Origin: a virus
Taxonomy: Duplodnaviria > Caudoviricetes
IMG/VR virus record: IMGVR_UViG_3300011335_000331
Coordinates: 1-33,216 of that record
Direction: 5' to 3' (one strand)
DNA length: 33,216 bases
Within the stretch, counting starts at the first letter, position 1, and the number at the start of each line of letters is the position of its first letter. The notes below the pieces were generated by a model. It made no database searches. It was given only the letters and a program-made list of their open reading frames with translations, and was not told the origin of the DNA. A program made the position numbers and the translations under genes. Positions 24,988 through 33,216 of the stretch are shown piece by piece.

Positions 24988-25281
24988 ATGACCGCAGCCT
25001 GGACCCGCAAAGAAGGCAAAAACCCTGCCGGTGGCTTGAACGCCAAAGGCCGCGCCTCCTACAAGGCCGAGACTGGTGGAACCCTAAAGGCTCCGGTCAA
25101 GTCTGGCGACAATCCCCGCCGCGCCAGTTTTCTGGCTAGAATGGGCAACATGCCGGGTCCAATGGCAAAACCCAATGGGGAACCGACACGGTTGGCGCTG
25201 TCTCTGAAGGCGTGGGGAGCCAGTTCTAAGGTTGATGCTAAGTCAAAAGCCGCGGCGATCTCAAAGCGGAATAAAAGATGA
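24988..25281 (+). CDS. Small basic conserved phage protein (DUF6321-like, 97 aa)
   Basis: AWTRKEGKNPAGGLNAKGRASY...RRASFLARM...RLALSLKAW. Confidence 0.7.
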   Translation: MTAAWTRKEGKNPAGGLNAKGRASYKAETGGTLKAPVKSGDNPRRASFLARMGNMPGPMAKPNGEPTRLALSLKAWGASSKVDAKSKAAAISKRNKR

Positions 25282-26498
25282 AGATTGAACAGGTAAAGCT
25301 CGATGCGCTGATTCCGTATGCTCGGAACAGCAGAACTCACTCCGATGCTCAAGTGGCTCAAATAGCTGCTTCCATAAAAGAATTTGGCTTTACCAACCCC
25401 GTTCTGATCGACGAGACGGGCAGCATTATTGCAGGCCATGGACGGGTGATGGCAGCGCGGAAGCTGGCGATTGCTGACGTTCCCAGTATTCGGCTCACCC
25501 ATTTGACCGAGGCGCAGAAGAAAGCCTATGTTATCGCAGACAACAAGCTGGCCCTGAATGCGGGTTGGGATGACGAGATGCTGGCGGTGGAGCTCACCGA
25601 CCTGAAGGACATGGGCTTCGATCTAGACCTGACCGGCTTTAGCACCGACGAGATTGAGGCTTTGCTGGCACCAGTGGGAACGGAGGGGCTGACAGACGAG
25701 GACGCTGTGCCGGAGGTGCCTGAAGCCCCTGTGACCGTCCTGGGGGACGTTTGGCTGTTGGGCAAGCATCGGGTGATGTGCGGGGATTCGACCAGCATTG
25801 ATGCGGTTGAGAAGCTGATGGCGGGGGAGGGGGCTGACATGCTGCTGACCGACCCACCTTACAATGTGGCTTATGAAGGCGCAACAAAGCAGAAATTAAC
25901 CATTCAAAACGACAGCATGGGCGATGGCGAGTTTCGGCAGTTTTTGCGTGACGCGTTTGTAACCGCTGAAACTGCTATGAAAAATGGAGCTGTTTTTTAT
26001 ATTTGGCACTCTGATTCGGAAGGATATAACTTTCGAGGCGCTTGCCAAGACGCCGGTTTTAAGGTTCGCCAGTGCTTGATATGGAAGAAATCGTCGCTTG
26101 TTATGGGAAGGCAAGATTATCATTGGAAGCACGAGCCATGTCTTTACGGATGGAAAGAAGGAGCTGGACACCTTTGGGCAGCAGATCGCAAGCAAACAAC
26201 TATCCTTGAGTTTGATAAGCCATCTCGCAACGGCGAGCATCCAACAATGAAGCCCGTAGGGTTGTTTGAATACCAGATGCTTAACAACACAAAGGGCGGG
26301 GATATTGTGCTCGACCTGTTTGGTGGATCTGGAACCACAATCATTGCCGCAGAAAAGAACGGGCGGTATGGTTACCTGATGGAACTCGACCCCAAATACT
26401 GCGATGTAATCGTCCAACGCTGGCAGGAATTCACAGGACAGACAGCAACGCTGGAATCAAATGGTAAGCCGTTCATTTCGTTGAAGAAAGCCGCGTGA
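25278..26498 (+). CDS. ParB-N-domain fused DNA amino-methyltransferase (N6-A/N4-C, beta class)
   Basis: ParB-like LIPYARNSRTH...IIAGHGR...IADNKL, catalytic TDPPY, HPTMKP and SAM-binding LDLFGGSGTT. Confidence 0.93.
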   Translation: MKIEQVKLDALIPYARNSRTHSDAQVAQIAASIKEFGFTNPVLIDETGSIIAGHGRVMAARKLAIADVPSIRLTHLTEAQKKAYVIADNKLALNAGWDDEMLAVELTDLKDMGFDLDLTGFSTDEIEALLAPVGTEGLTDEDAVPEVPEAPVTVLGDVWLLGKHRVMCGDSTSIDAVEKLMAGEGADMLLTDPPYNVAYEGATKQKLTIQNDSMGDGEFRQFLRDAFVTAETAMKNGAVFYIWHSDSEGYNFRGACQDAGFKVRQCLIWKKSSLVMGRQDYHWKHEPCLYGWKEGAGHLWAADRKQTTILEFDKPSRNGEHPTMKPVGLFEYQMLNNTKGGDIVLDLFGGSGTTIIAAEKNGRYGYLMELDPKYCDVIVQRWQEFTGQTATLESNGKPFISLKKAA

Positions 26499-26517
26499 TT
26501 CCGCGTTCTTAAAAAGA

Positions 26518-26865
26518 ATGTCATTTATTAAACCTCACAGACCAACCGATAAAACAAGGCAACAGGCGCAGAGTGCTTCAGGTCTCGGCTTGCCTCAAGA
26601 CCAAATTGCTGCGTTGATTGGAATAGCGCCTGACACGCTGAGAAAGCATTACGAATTAGAGCTTGGACTGGGCAAAGCTCAAGCCTCGGCTGCGGTGGCG
26701 AAAACCTTGTTCAACAAGGCGACGATTGGCCAGGACACCACCGCGATGATCTGGTGGACTAAATCCCAAATGAAGTGGTCAGAAACCGTCCGGCAGGAGT
26801 TGACCGGCAAGGACGGTGGCGGGATCGTGGTTCACATCAACAACCAGGACACCGACCTTGTTTAG
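26518..26865 (+). CDS. terS: Terminase small subunit
   Basis: HTH-like GLPQDQIAALIGIAPDTLRKHY, AMIWW.K...W.E and ELTGKDGG; immediately upstream of TerL. Confidence 0.8.
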   Translation: MSFIKPHRPTDKTRQQAQSASGLGLPQDQIAALIGIAPDTLRKHYELELGLGKAQASAAVAKTLFNKATIGQDTTAMIWWTKSQMKWSETVRQELTGKDGGGIVVHINNQDTDLV

Positions 26866-28207
26866 CGCCACCGCAGCCCAAAGCAGAGCTACTGGGCTGA
26901 TGACCGGCGATGCCAAGCACGTCATGCTGGTCGGCGGATCAAGGTCGGGCAAGACGTTTGTGGCTCTCCGAGCACTGATCATCCGGGCGACTCTGGCGCC
27001 GAAGTCTCGGCACGTTGTCCTGCGGTTTCGATTCAATCATGTGAAGTCGTCGGTTATTCTGGACACCTTTCCAAAGGTCATGAGCCTGTGCTTTCCGCAG
27101 CTCACTTACGTGATCGACAAGACTGACTGGTATGCAACCCTGCCGAACGGCTCCCAAATCTGGTTTGGTGGGCTGGACGACAAGGACCGCACTGAGAAAA
27201 TTCTAGGGCAGGAATACGCCACGATATTCTTTAACGAATGCAGCCAGATACCCCTCTCGGCTCGCAACATGGCGGTCACACGACTCGCACAGAACTGCGT
27301 GGCTACGGTAGGTGGTCAACAGCGGCAGATGCGTCTGAAAGCGTTTTACGACTGCAACCCTCCGAGCATGGCGCACTGGACGTATAAAATGTTTGTCAAA
27401 AAGATTGAGCCAGAATCCGGCAAAGCATTGGCCGACTTGCTCAACTTCAGCATGATGACCATTAACCCGCGGGATAATCTGGAGAACCTGCCACCTGATT
27501 ACATCAAGGAGTTGGAGAACCTGCCAGCCAGGATGCGGCAACGGTTCCTTGAGGGCAAGTTCGCAGACGTGGCCGCAGGTGCGCTTTGGAACATTGAGAT
27601 GATCGACACCTACCGCGAAACGACCAATCTGCCCGACATGCTGCGCGTGGTCGTGTCTGTTGATCCTTCCGGCAGCGGCGACACCGACAATGCGGGGAAC
27701 GACGAGATCGGGATTGTGGTGGCTGGCCTAGGCATTGACGGCCGAGCTTATGTTCTTGAAGATTGCACCATGAAGGCTGGACCGAGCGTTTGGGCCAATG
27801 TTGTGGCAACTGCTTACGATCGCCACGCCGCGGATCTGGTGGTGGCCGAAAAGAATTATGGTGGTGAAATGGTCCGGCATGTGATAAAAAGTGCTAATCC
27901 ACACCTAAAATGCGAGTTAATCAACGCATCGAGAGGCAAAGCGGTGAGAGCAGAACCCGTTTCCGCACTGACAGAACAGGGCAAGATCCGGTTTGGCGGC
28001 ACGTTCCCAGAGCTGGAGGACGAGCTGTGCTCGATGACGACTAACGGTTACATGGGCGAACGCTCACCCAACCGCGCAGATGCTTTTGTCTGGGCAATGA
28101 CCAAGCTATTCCCTGGCATCATCAAGACCGATGCCAAAGCGCAACGCAAGCACGTTATGCCGACTCAGAACATTAACCGCGGTGCAACCAGTTGGATGGG
28201 AGCGTAA
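26858..28207 (+). CDS. terL: Terminase large subunit (probable TTG start at 26858)
   Basis: Walker A GGSRSGKT, Walker B-like IFFNEC, coupling motif DCNP, RNase-H-like VVSVDPS and SPNRADA. Confidence 0.92.
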   Translation: MFSATAAQSRATGLMTGDAKHVMLVGGSRSGKTFVALRALIIRATLAPKSRHVVLRFRFNHVKSSVILDTFPKVMSLCFPQLTYVIDKTDWYATLPNGSQIWFGGLDDKDRTEKILGQEYATIFFNECSQIPLSARNMAVTRLAQNCVATVGGQQRQMRLKAFYDCNPPSMAHWTYKMFVKKIEPESGKALADLLNFSMMTINPRDNLENLPPDYIKELENLPARMRQRFLEGKFADVAAGALWNIEMIDTYRETTNLPDMLRVVVSVDPSGSGDTDNAGNDEIGIVVAGLGIDGRAYVLEDCTMKAGPSVWANVVATAYDRHAADLVVAEKNYGGEMVRHVIKSANPHLKCELINASRGKAVRAEPVSALTEQGKIRFGGTFPELEDELCSMTTNGYMGERSPNRADAFVWAMTKLFPGIIKTDAKAQRKHVMPTQNINRGATSWMGA

Positions 28208-28356
28208 TGAAAACCGGACTGTATGCCAACATTAATGCTAAGCGCGACAGAATAGCCGCGGGCAGCAAAGAGAAAATGCGTAAGCCTGGTGCTGCTGGCG
28301 CACCGACTGCCAAGGCGTTCAAGCAGTCGGCCAAAACCGCGAAGAAGGGTAAATAA
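28207..28356 (+). CDS. Highly basic mini-protein (49 aa; not in ORF track)
   Basis: MKTGLYANINAKRDRIAAGSKEKMRKPGAAGAPTAKAFKQSAKTAKKGK*; TAATG coupling at both ends. Confidence 0.8.
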   Translation: MKTGLYANINAKRDRIAAGSKEKMRKPGAAGAPTAKAFKQSAKTAKKGK

Positions 28357-28499
28357 TGCCACTCGTTAAGTCAAAATTGCCAACCGCCTTCCGCAAGAAC
28401 ATCAAGGCCGAGGTTGCTGCTGGCAAGCGGGTCAAGCAGGCTGTAGCCATCGCCTATTCGGTCAAGCGCGCTGCGGCGGGTAAGAAGAAAGGCAAGTAA
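28356..28499 (+). CDS. Highly basic mini-protein with KQAVAIA motif (47 aa; not in ORF track)
   Basis: MPLVKSKLPTAFRKNIKAEVAAGKRVKQAVAIAYSVKRAAAGKKKGK*; TAATG coupling at both ends. Confidence 0.8.
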   Translation: MPLVKSKLPTAFRKNIKAEVAAGKRVKQAVAIAYSVKRAAAGKKKGK

Positions 28500-28897
28500 T
28501 GCCGGATTGGGATAAAGCGGTTTACGGTGTTGGCGTTCGGGATGTGTATCCCGGCGAGGATAAGTATTTTAAAGACAACCCAAGCGTTACGGGAATGGCT
28601 GCGGAGGACAACAAGATTATCCTTAACCCGTATAGCAAGCTGTCCGAAAAAGAAAAGCGGTCGGTAATGATGAACGAAGCGGCGCGAGTGCATATGCGGC
28701 AGGGAATGATGGAAGCCCCGCGCTATGATTTGTCACCAGAACAAACAAAAGCCTTTGCAAACTACAGCAAAAGTATAGAAGATCAACGGCAAACGATAGC
28801 CGCACGAATATTATCTGGCGATCCCTCGGCGTTGCAACCTACGCCAGACCAGCTAGAATATGTGGGCAAATTGCGTCAATTTATGGGCGTTAAATAG
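28499..28897 (+). CDS. Hypothetical protein, possible degenerate zincin-like fold (132 aa)
   Basis: G.A..DNKIILNP......EKRSVMMNEAAR echoes G...I.LNP....VLxHExxH. Confidence 0.6.
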   Translation: MPDWDKAVYGVGVRDVYPGEDKYFKDNPSVTGMAAEDNKIILNPYSKLSEKEKRSVMMNEAARVHMRQGMMEAPRYDLSPEQTKAFANYSKSIEDQRQTIAARILSGDPSALQPTPDQLEYVGKLRQFMGVK

Positions 28898-31143
28898 TGG
28901 CCTATCAAGACACGGGAATTAACGAAGCTGGCGCGGTGGCGTCGGGCGGCGCCAAGCCCGACCGCGACAACGGCGACATGCTGGCAACAATGCGTACGCG
29001 CCTGACGATGGCGATCAGTGCGTATTCGGATTCCCGTGAGGATGAGCTAGACGACCTGCGCTTTCGCGCCGCCTCGCCCGACAACCAATGGCAGTGGCCC
29101 GCCGACGTGCTGGCGACTCGCGGTTCGGTGCAAGGCCAGACGATCAACGCCAGACCTTGCCTGACCATCAACAAGCTGCCGCAGCACGTCCTGCAAGTCA
29201 CGAACGACCAGCGGCAGAACCGGCCCTCGGGCAAAGTTATCCCCGCCGACGACAAGGCTGACGTGGAAGTGGCCGAGATATTTAACGGCATCGTGCGGCA
29301 TATCGAGTATATCTCGGACGCCGACGTGGCCTACGACACCGCCTGCGACAACCAGGTCACCTTTGGTGAGGGTTACTTCCGCATCCTGACCGAATACTGC
29401 GACGACAACAGCTTTGAGCAGGATCTGCGGATCGGGCGTATTCGGGATTCATTCAGCGTCTACATGGACCCCACAATCCAAGATCCTTGCGGTTCAGATG
29501 CTGAATGGTGCTTCATCAATCAGGAAATCACCAAAGACGAATATGAGCGTGAGTTTCCCGATGCCGCAACGCTGTCGAGCTTGGCTTACGGCGTAGGCGA
29601 CGGGCAACTAAACGCGTGGATCAACCAAGACACGGTGCGGATTGCCGAGTATTTCTACATCAAGCACGAAGCCAAGAAGCTCAACCAATACCCCGGCGGG
29701 ATGACCGCTATGGCGGGATCACCGGAAGCAAAGCAAATTGAAATGATGGGTTTGGCTGCAACAAAAACCCGTGATGTAGACGTTCGGACGGTCAAATGGT
29801 GCAAGACCAACGGTTTCGAAGTGCTGGAAGAACGCGATTGGGCGGGTAAATACATCCCCGTTATCCGCGTCATTGGCAACGAATTTGAAATTGATGGCCG
29901 CATGTACGTCAGCGGATTGGTGCGGAACGCCAAAGACGCCCAGCGCATGTATAACTACTGGGTGAGCCAAGAGGCCGAAATGCTGGCGCTGGCCCCCAAG
30001 GCACCGTTTATCGGCTACGGCGGTCAGTTTGAGGGTTACGAGCAGCAGTGGAAAACGGCCAACATCAACAACTGGCCGTATTTGGAAGTCAATCCAGACG
30101 TGACCGATGGCAATGGTGGCGTTCTTCCGTTGCCACAACGCGCACCTCCGCCGCTGGCGCAGAATGGTCTGTTGCAGGCTAAAATGGGTGCCGCGGATGA
30201 CATTAAAGGCACCACAGGCCAATACGATGCCAGCCTCGGATCTCAGAGTAACGAAGTCTCTGGCCGCGCTATCCTAGCTCGTGAAAAGCAGGGCGACACC
30301 GGCACTTATCACTTTATCGACAACCTTGCCCGCGCCATTCGCTACGCGACGCGGCAACTGGTCGATCTAATTCCAAAAATTTACGACACACAGCGCATTG
30401 CGCGGATTATTGGGATTGATGGCGAAACTGACCAGGCGATGATTGATCCGAATCAGCCAGAGCCAGTGCGTAAGATTGTGGACCAGCAGACCGGCGCGAC
30501 CATCAAGAAGATCTACAACCCCAATGTCGGGAAATACGACGTTGCGGTCACCACTGGTCCAAGCTACATGACCAAGCGGCAGGAATCTTTGGATGCCATG
30601 TCTCGCCTCCTGCAAGGCAATCCAAACCTGTGGGCCGTGGCTGGGGATCTGTTTATCAAGAACATGGACTGGCCTGGTGCTCAAGAGATGAGCAAACGCT
30701 TTGCCAAGACCATTGATCCGAAACTGATGGATGACTCAGACGCCTCGCCAGAACTTGCCCAAGCACAACAGCAGATGCAGGCAATGAGTCAAGAAATGCA
30801 GCAGATGCACCAGATGCTGCAAAACGTCAGCCAGTCGATGGAAGCGCAGACGCTGAAGGTCAAAGAGTTTGAGGCAGATGTAAAAGCCTACGATGCGGAA
30901 ACCAAACGCATTAGCGCGGTGCAGGCCGGAATGTCCCCTGAGCAGATTCAAGACATTGTGATGGGAACCGTCCACGGCATGATTACTTCTGGCGATCTGA
31001 TTAACGAGATGCCAGGGCGCGATGTTGATATGCCCGGTATGCCAGAGATGCCGCAGGAAGGCATGGAACAGATGATGCCGCCGCAAGGTATGCCGCCTCA
31101 AATGCCCCCGCAGGGGATGCCACCGATGGGAGTTCCGCAATGA
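28897..31143 (+). CDS. Portal protein, P22 gp1-like (748 aa, GTG start)
   Basis: QW...RPCLTINKL, GLVRNAKDAQRMYNY, SGRAILAR..QG and GKYDVAVTTGPSY.TKRQE motifs, plus a Gln-rich C-terminal barrel helix. Confidence 0.95.
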   Translation: MAYQDTGINEAGAVASGGAKPDRDNGDMLATMRTRLTMAISAYSDSREDELDDLRFRAASPDNQWQWPADVLATRGSVQGQTINARPCLTINKLPQHVLQVTNDQRQNRPSGKVIPADDKADVEVAEIFNGIVRHIEYISDADVAYDTACDNQVTFGEGYFRILTEYCDDNSFEQDLRIGRIRDSFSVYMDPTIQDPCGSDAEWCFINQEITKDEYEREFPDAATLSSLAYGVGDGQLNAWINQDTVRIAEYFYIKHEAKKLNQYPGGMTAMAGSPEAKQIEMMGLAATKTRDVDVRTVKWCKTNGFEVLEERDWAGKYIPVIRVIGNEFEIDGRMYVSGLVRNAKDAQRMYNYWVSQEAEMLALAPKAPFIGYGGQFEGYEQQWKTANINNWPYLEVNPDVTDGNGGVLPLPQRAPPPLAQNGLLQAKMGAADDIKGTTGQYDASLGSQSNEVSGRAILAREKQGDTGTYHFIDNLARAIRYATRQLVDLIPKIYDTQRIARIIGIDGETDQAMIDPNQPEPVRKIVDQQTGATIKKIYNPNVGKYDVAVTTGPSYMTKRQESLDAMSRLLQGNPNLWAVAGDLFIKNMDWPGAQEMSKRFAKTIDPKLMDDSDASPELAQAQQQMQAMSQEMQQMHQMLQNVSQSMEAQTLKVKEFEADVKAYDAETKRISAVQAGMSPEQIQDIVMGTVHGMITSGDLINEMPGRDVDMPGMPEMPQEGMEQMMPPQGMPPQMPPQGMPPMGVPQ

Positions 31144-31502
31144 AATGCGCTGATTTCGTAGGGATGCTGTTCTTGGCTCGGGATGTGGCGCACAGCGTTC
31201 ACTTGAATACCCGCAGCTACTCCAAGCATGTAGCCTTGAACATCTTTTATGATCGTATTGTGGGCGCGGCAGACGATTTTACGGAAGCCTACCAAGGGCG
31301 GCATGGTCTGATCGGCCCGATCTCGCTCATGTCGGCCAAGAAAACGGCCAACATCATTGAGTTTCTGGAAGATCAATTGAAAGAAATTGAAAACGCAAGG
31401 TATGATATTGTGGATAAGTCTGACACTTCGTTGCAGCAGCTCATCGACAACATTATTGAGATATACCTTCGCACGCTCTACAAACTTCGTTTTCTAGCTT
31501 GA
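31140..31502 (+). CDS. Ferritin/Dps-like four-helix-bundle protein (DUF5856-like, 120 aa)
   Basis: AHSVHLNTRSYSKHVALNIFYD......DDFTEAYQG parallels the Dps H..H...D...E ligand spacing; ends in TLYKL.FL. Confidence 0.7.
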   Translation: MKCADFVGMLFLARDVAHSVHLNTRSYSKHVALNIFYDRIVGAADDFTEAYQGRHGLIGPISLMSAKKTANIIEFLEDQLKEIENARYDIVDKSDTSLQQLIDNIIEIYLRTLYKLRFLA

Positions 31503-31510
31503 GGTAAATT

Positions 31511-31783
31511 ATGTCAGCCAACTATAAAAGTATCAGCGCCACCAATCAAGTCAAGGTCGGTCTTACGGTCTTGAAAGGCATCTTTGTCAGCGCCGCAAGC
31601 GCAACGCCGACCATTACCGTCTTTGATTCTGCCACGGCAGCTAACACTGACCCGACGATATTGGCCGTGTTTACTCCCGCAGCGGCAGGTATTTATACGT
31701 TCACCGCGAACGGCATCACGGCAAGCAAAGGACTTTACGTTGTCATATCGGGAACGGTAGTGGCAACCATTATTTACGAATAA
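31511..31783 (+). CDS. Small beta-rich protein of the head module (90 aa)
   Basis: RBS gagg; Thr/Ala/Val-rich; between portal and scaffold genes. Confidence 0.6.
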   Translation: MSANYKSISATNQVKVGLTVLKGIFVSAASATPTITVFDSATAANTDPTILAVFTPAAAGIYTFTANGITASKGLYVVISGTVVATIIYE

Positions 31784-31825
31784 CCGTACTGGCGCGGTAC
31801 GCCAGGGATTCTGAGGAATCAAGCC
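31783..31825 (+). promoter_or_regulatory. Structured translational operator upstream of the scaffold gene
   Basis: Hairpin ctggcg/cgccag (31789-31805), then gattc/gaatc (31807-31820) overlapping the gagga RBS. Confidence 0.55.
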
Positions 31826-32605
31826 ATGTCTGACGAAGTAATAGCGGAACAACCCGCGCCGGAACAGGACGCAACGGCTGCGCCTGAACCGATAGCAAAT
31901 GCGCCGGAAGCAGCAGAAGCATCCGAAGGCGAGCAGAAAGAAACTCCGAAGGTATTTACCCAAGAGGATTTGGACGCGGCCATCGGCAAGAGGCTTGCAC
32001 GAGAACAAAGAAAGTGGGAGCGCGAAGCAAGGCAGGCCGAAGCACCAAAGCCCGTCCCTGTAGAGCATGTAAAGCCGGAACAATATACGACGACCGAGGA
32101 ATACGTTGATGCGTTAACGACTTCCAAAGCCGCCCAAATTGTCCAGCAGCAACAGTTTGCGAAACAGCAACAGGAATTGTTGGGGAACTATCACGACAAG
32201 GAAGAAGATGCGCGGAGTAAATACGAGGACTTCGAACAAGTCGCGTACAACCCCAAGCTACCGATCACCGATGTGATGGCTCAAACAATTCAAGCCTCGG
32301 ATAACGGCCCCGATATTGCATACTATCTCGGCACAAACCCCAAGGAAGCTAACCGCATAGCCCAACTTCAACCGTTCTTGCAGGCAAAAGAAATAGGAAA
32401 ATTGGAAGCGAAAATTGCTTCTGAACCCGTTACAAAACGCACATCCAGCGCACCTGCGCCGATTTCACCTGTCACAGCTCGCGGAGGTCAATCCAGCGGT
32501 TTTGATACCACTGATCCAAGGTCGATTAAAGCAATGACCACAACCCAGTGGATTGAAGCTGAGAGAGCCAGACAAGTGAAAAAGCAGGAAGCGAGGAACC
32601 GCTAA
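31826..32605 (+). CDS. Capsid scaffolding protein
   Basis: Acidic, Pro-rich N-terminus, FTQEDLDAAIGKRLARE coiled coil, GPDIAYYLG.NP.EA and a basic C-terminal helix; immediately upstream of the coat gene. Confidence 0.85.
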   Translation: MSDEVIAEQPAPEQDATAAPEPIANAPEAAEASEGEQKETPKVFTQEDLDAAIGKRLAREQRKWEREARQAEAPKPVPVEHVKPEQYTTTEEYVDALTTSKAAQIVQQQQFAKQQQELLGNYHDKEEDARSKYEDFEQVAYNPKLPITDVMAQTIQASDNGPDIAYYLGTNPKEANRIAQLQPFLQAKEIGKLEAKIASEPVTKRTSSAPAPISPVTARGGQSSGFDTTDPRSIKAMTTTQWIEAERARQVKKQEARNR

Positions 32606-32626
32606 TTACTTTTTAGGAGTTTTTTC

Positions 32627-33216
32627 ATGGCTAACAGCCTACTGACCATTGATATGATAACGAGGAAGTGTCTCGAAATACTTGAGAACAACCTTGTCCT
32701 TTCACGTAACGTGAACAAAGAATACGACGACAGCTTTGCCGTCGAAGGTGCCAAGATCGGCTCGACCCTGCGGATTCGTCTGCCGGATCGCGCGCTGGTG
32801 ACCGACGGCGCCGCCCTGCAAGTTCAGGACGACAACGAGCAATACACCACGCTGACCGTTTCCAGCCAGAAGCACATCGGCATTAACTTTACTTCTGCCG
32901 AGCTGACCATGCAGTTGGACGACTTCGCGGAACGTGTTTTGAAGCCGCGTATCAGCCAATTGGCGTCCAGTGTGGATGCTGACGTTGCCAACGCTTACAA
33001 GTCTATTTTCAACACCGTTGGCACCCCGGGCACCACGCCGGCCACCGCGCTGGTTCTGTTGCAAGCGCAACAGAAGCTGAACGAGTCGGCGGCTCCCATG
33101 TCGCCGCGATACGCCACCGTGAACCCTGCCGCTAACGCTGGCCTGGTCAACGGCATGACCGGGTTCTTTAACCCTACGGGCACAATTTCCCGCCGGTTCA
33201 AGACCGGCATGCTGGG
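32627..33216 (+). CDS. Major capsid protein, N-terminal part (P22 coat family); 3'-truncated by window edge
   Basis: Manual translation MANSLLTIDMITRKCLEILENNLVLSRNVNKEYDDSFAVEGAKIGSTLRIRLPDR..., open to the window end; RBS taggag. Confidence 0.92.
   Translation, partial: MANSLLTIDMITRKCLEILENNLVLSRNVNKEYDDSFAVEGAKIGSTLRIRLPDRALVTDGAALQVQDDNEQYTTLTVSSQKHIGINFTSAELTMQLDDFAERVLKPRISQLASSVDADVANAYKSIFNTVGTPGTTPATALVLLQAQQKLNESAAPMSPRYATVNPAANAGLVNGMTGFFNPTGTISRRFKTGML

Noticed and set aside
25278-26498. Methyltransferase as part of a restriction-modification or partition system
   Set aside because: There is no adjacent restriction endonuclease or ParA; ParB-methylase fusions beside terS are common orphan phage genes.

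Overview
The window is a nearly complete, circularly permuted genome (~33-34 kb) of a P22-like short-tailed dsDNA phage, probably with a proteobacterial host (inferred from gene families). The major capsid gene is split across the two ends: its N-terminal ~196 codons are at 32627-33216 and its last 44 codons are at 2-136. The late + strand block runs: 637-aa PcfJ-like protein, small basic proteins, ParB-methylase, TerS, TerL, portal, ferritin/Dps-like protein, scaffold, coat, head-tail adaptor, tail hub, fibre, tailspike, three ejection proteins, lysis cassette (3TM holin, GH108 endolysin). A leftward early operon encodes ERF, a YqaJ exonuclease, an SSB-like protein, Lar and many mini-proteins. 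A rightward operon encodes Cro, an RNA polymerase alpha-CTD fusion, a DUF1376 initiator with iterons, a P-like loader, NinB, Ref and a PD-(D/E)xK nuclease. I recognise no CI repressor, integrase, N/Q antiterminator, spanin, tRNA or CRISPR array. The most unusual signals are (i) a phage-encoded alpha-CTD with altered DNA-contact residues at the cII position, and (ii) structured non-coding leaders that sequester or could target ribosome-binding sites, including a late-promoter RNA whose CUCCUCCG loop matches early-gene RBSs. All protein calls come from motif recognition by eye; no database search or folding program was run.
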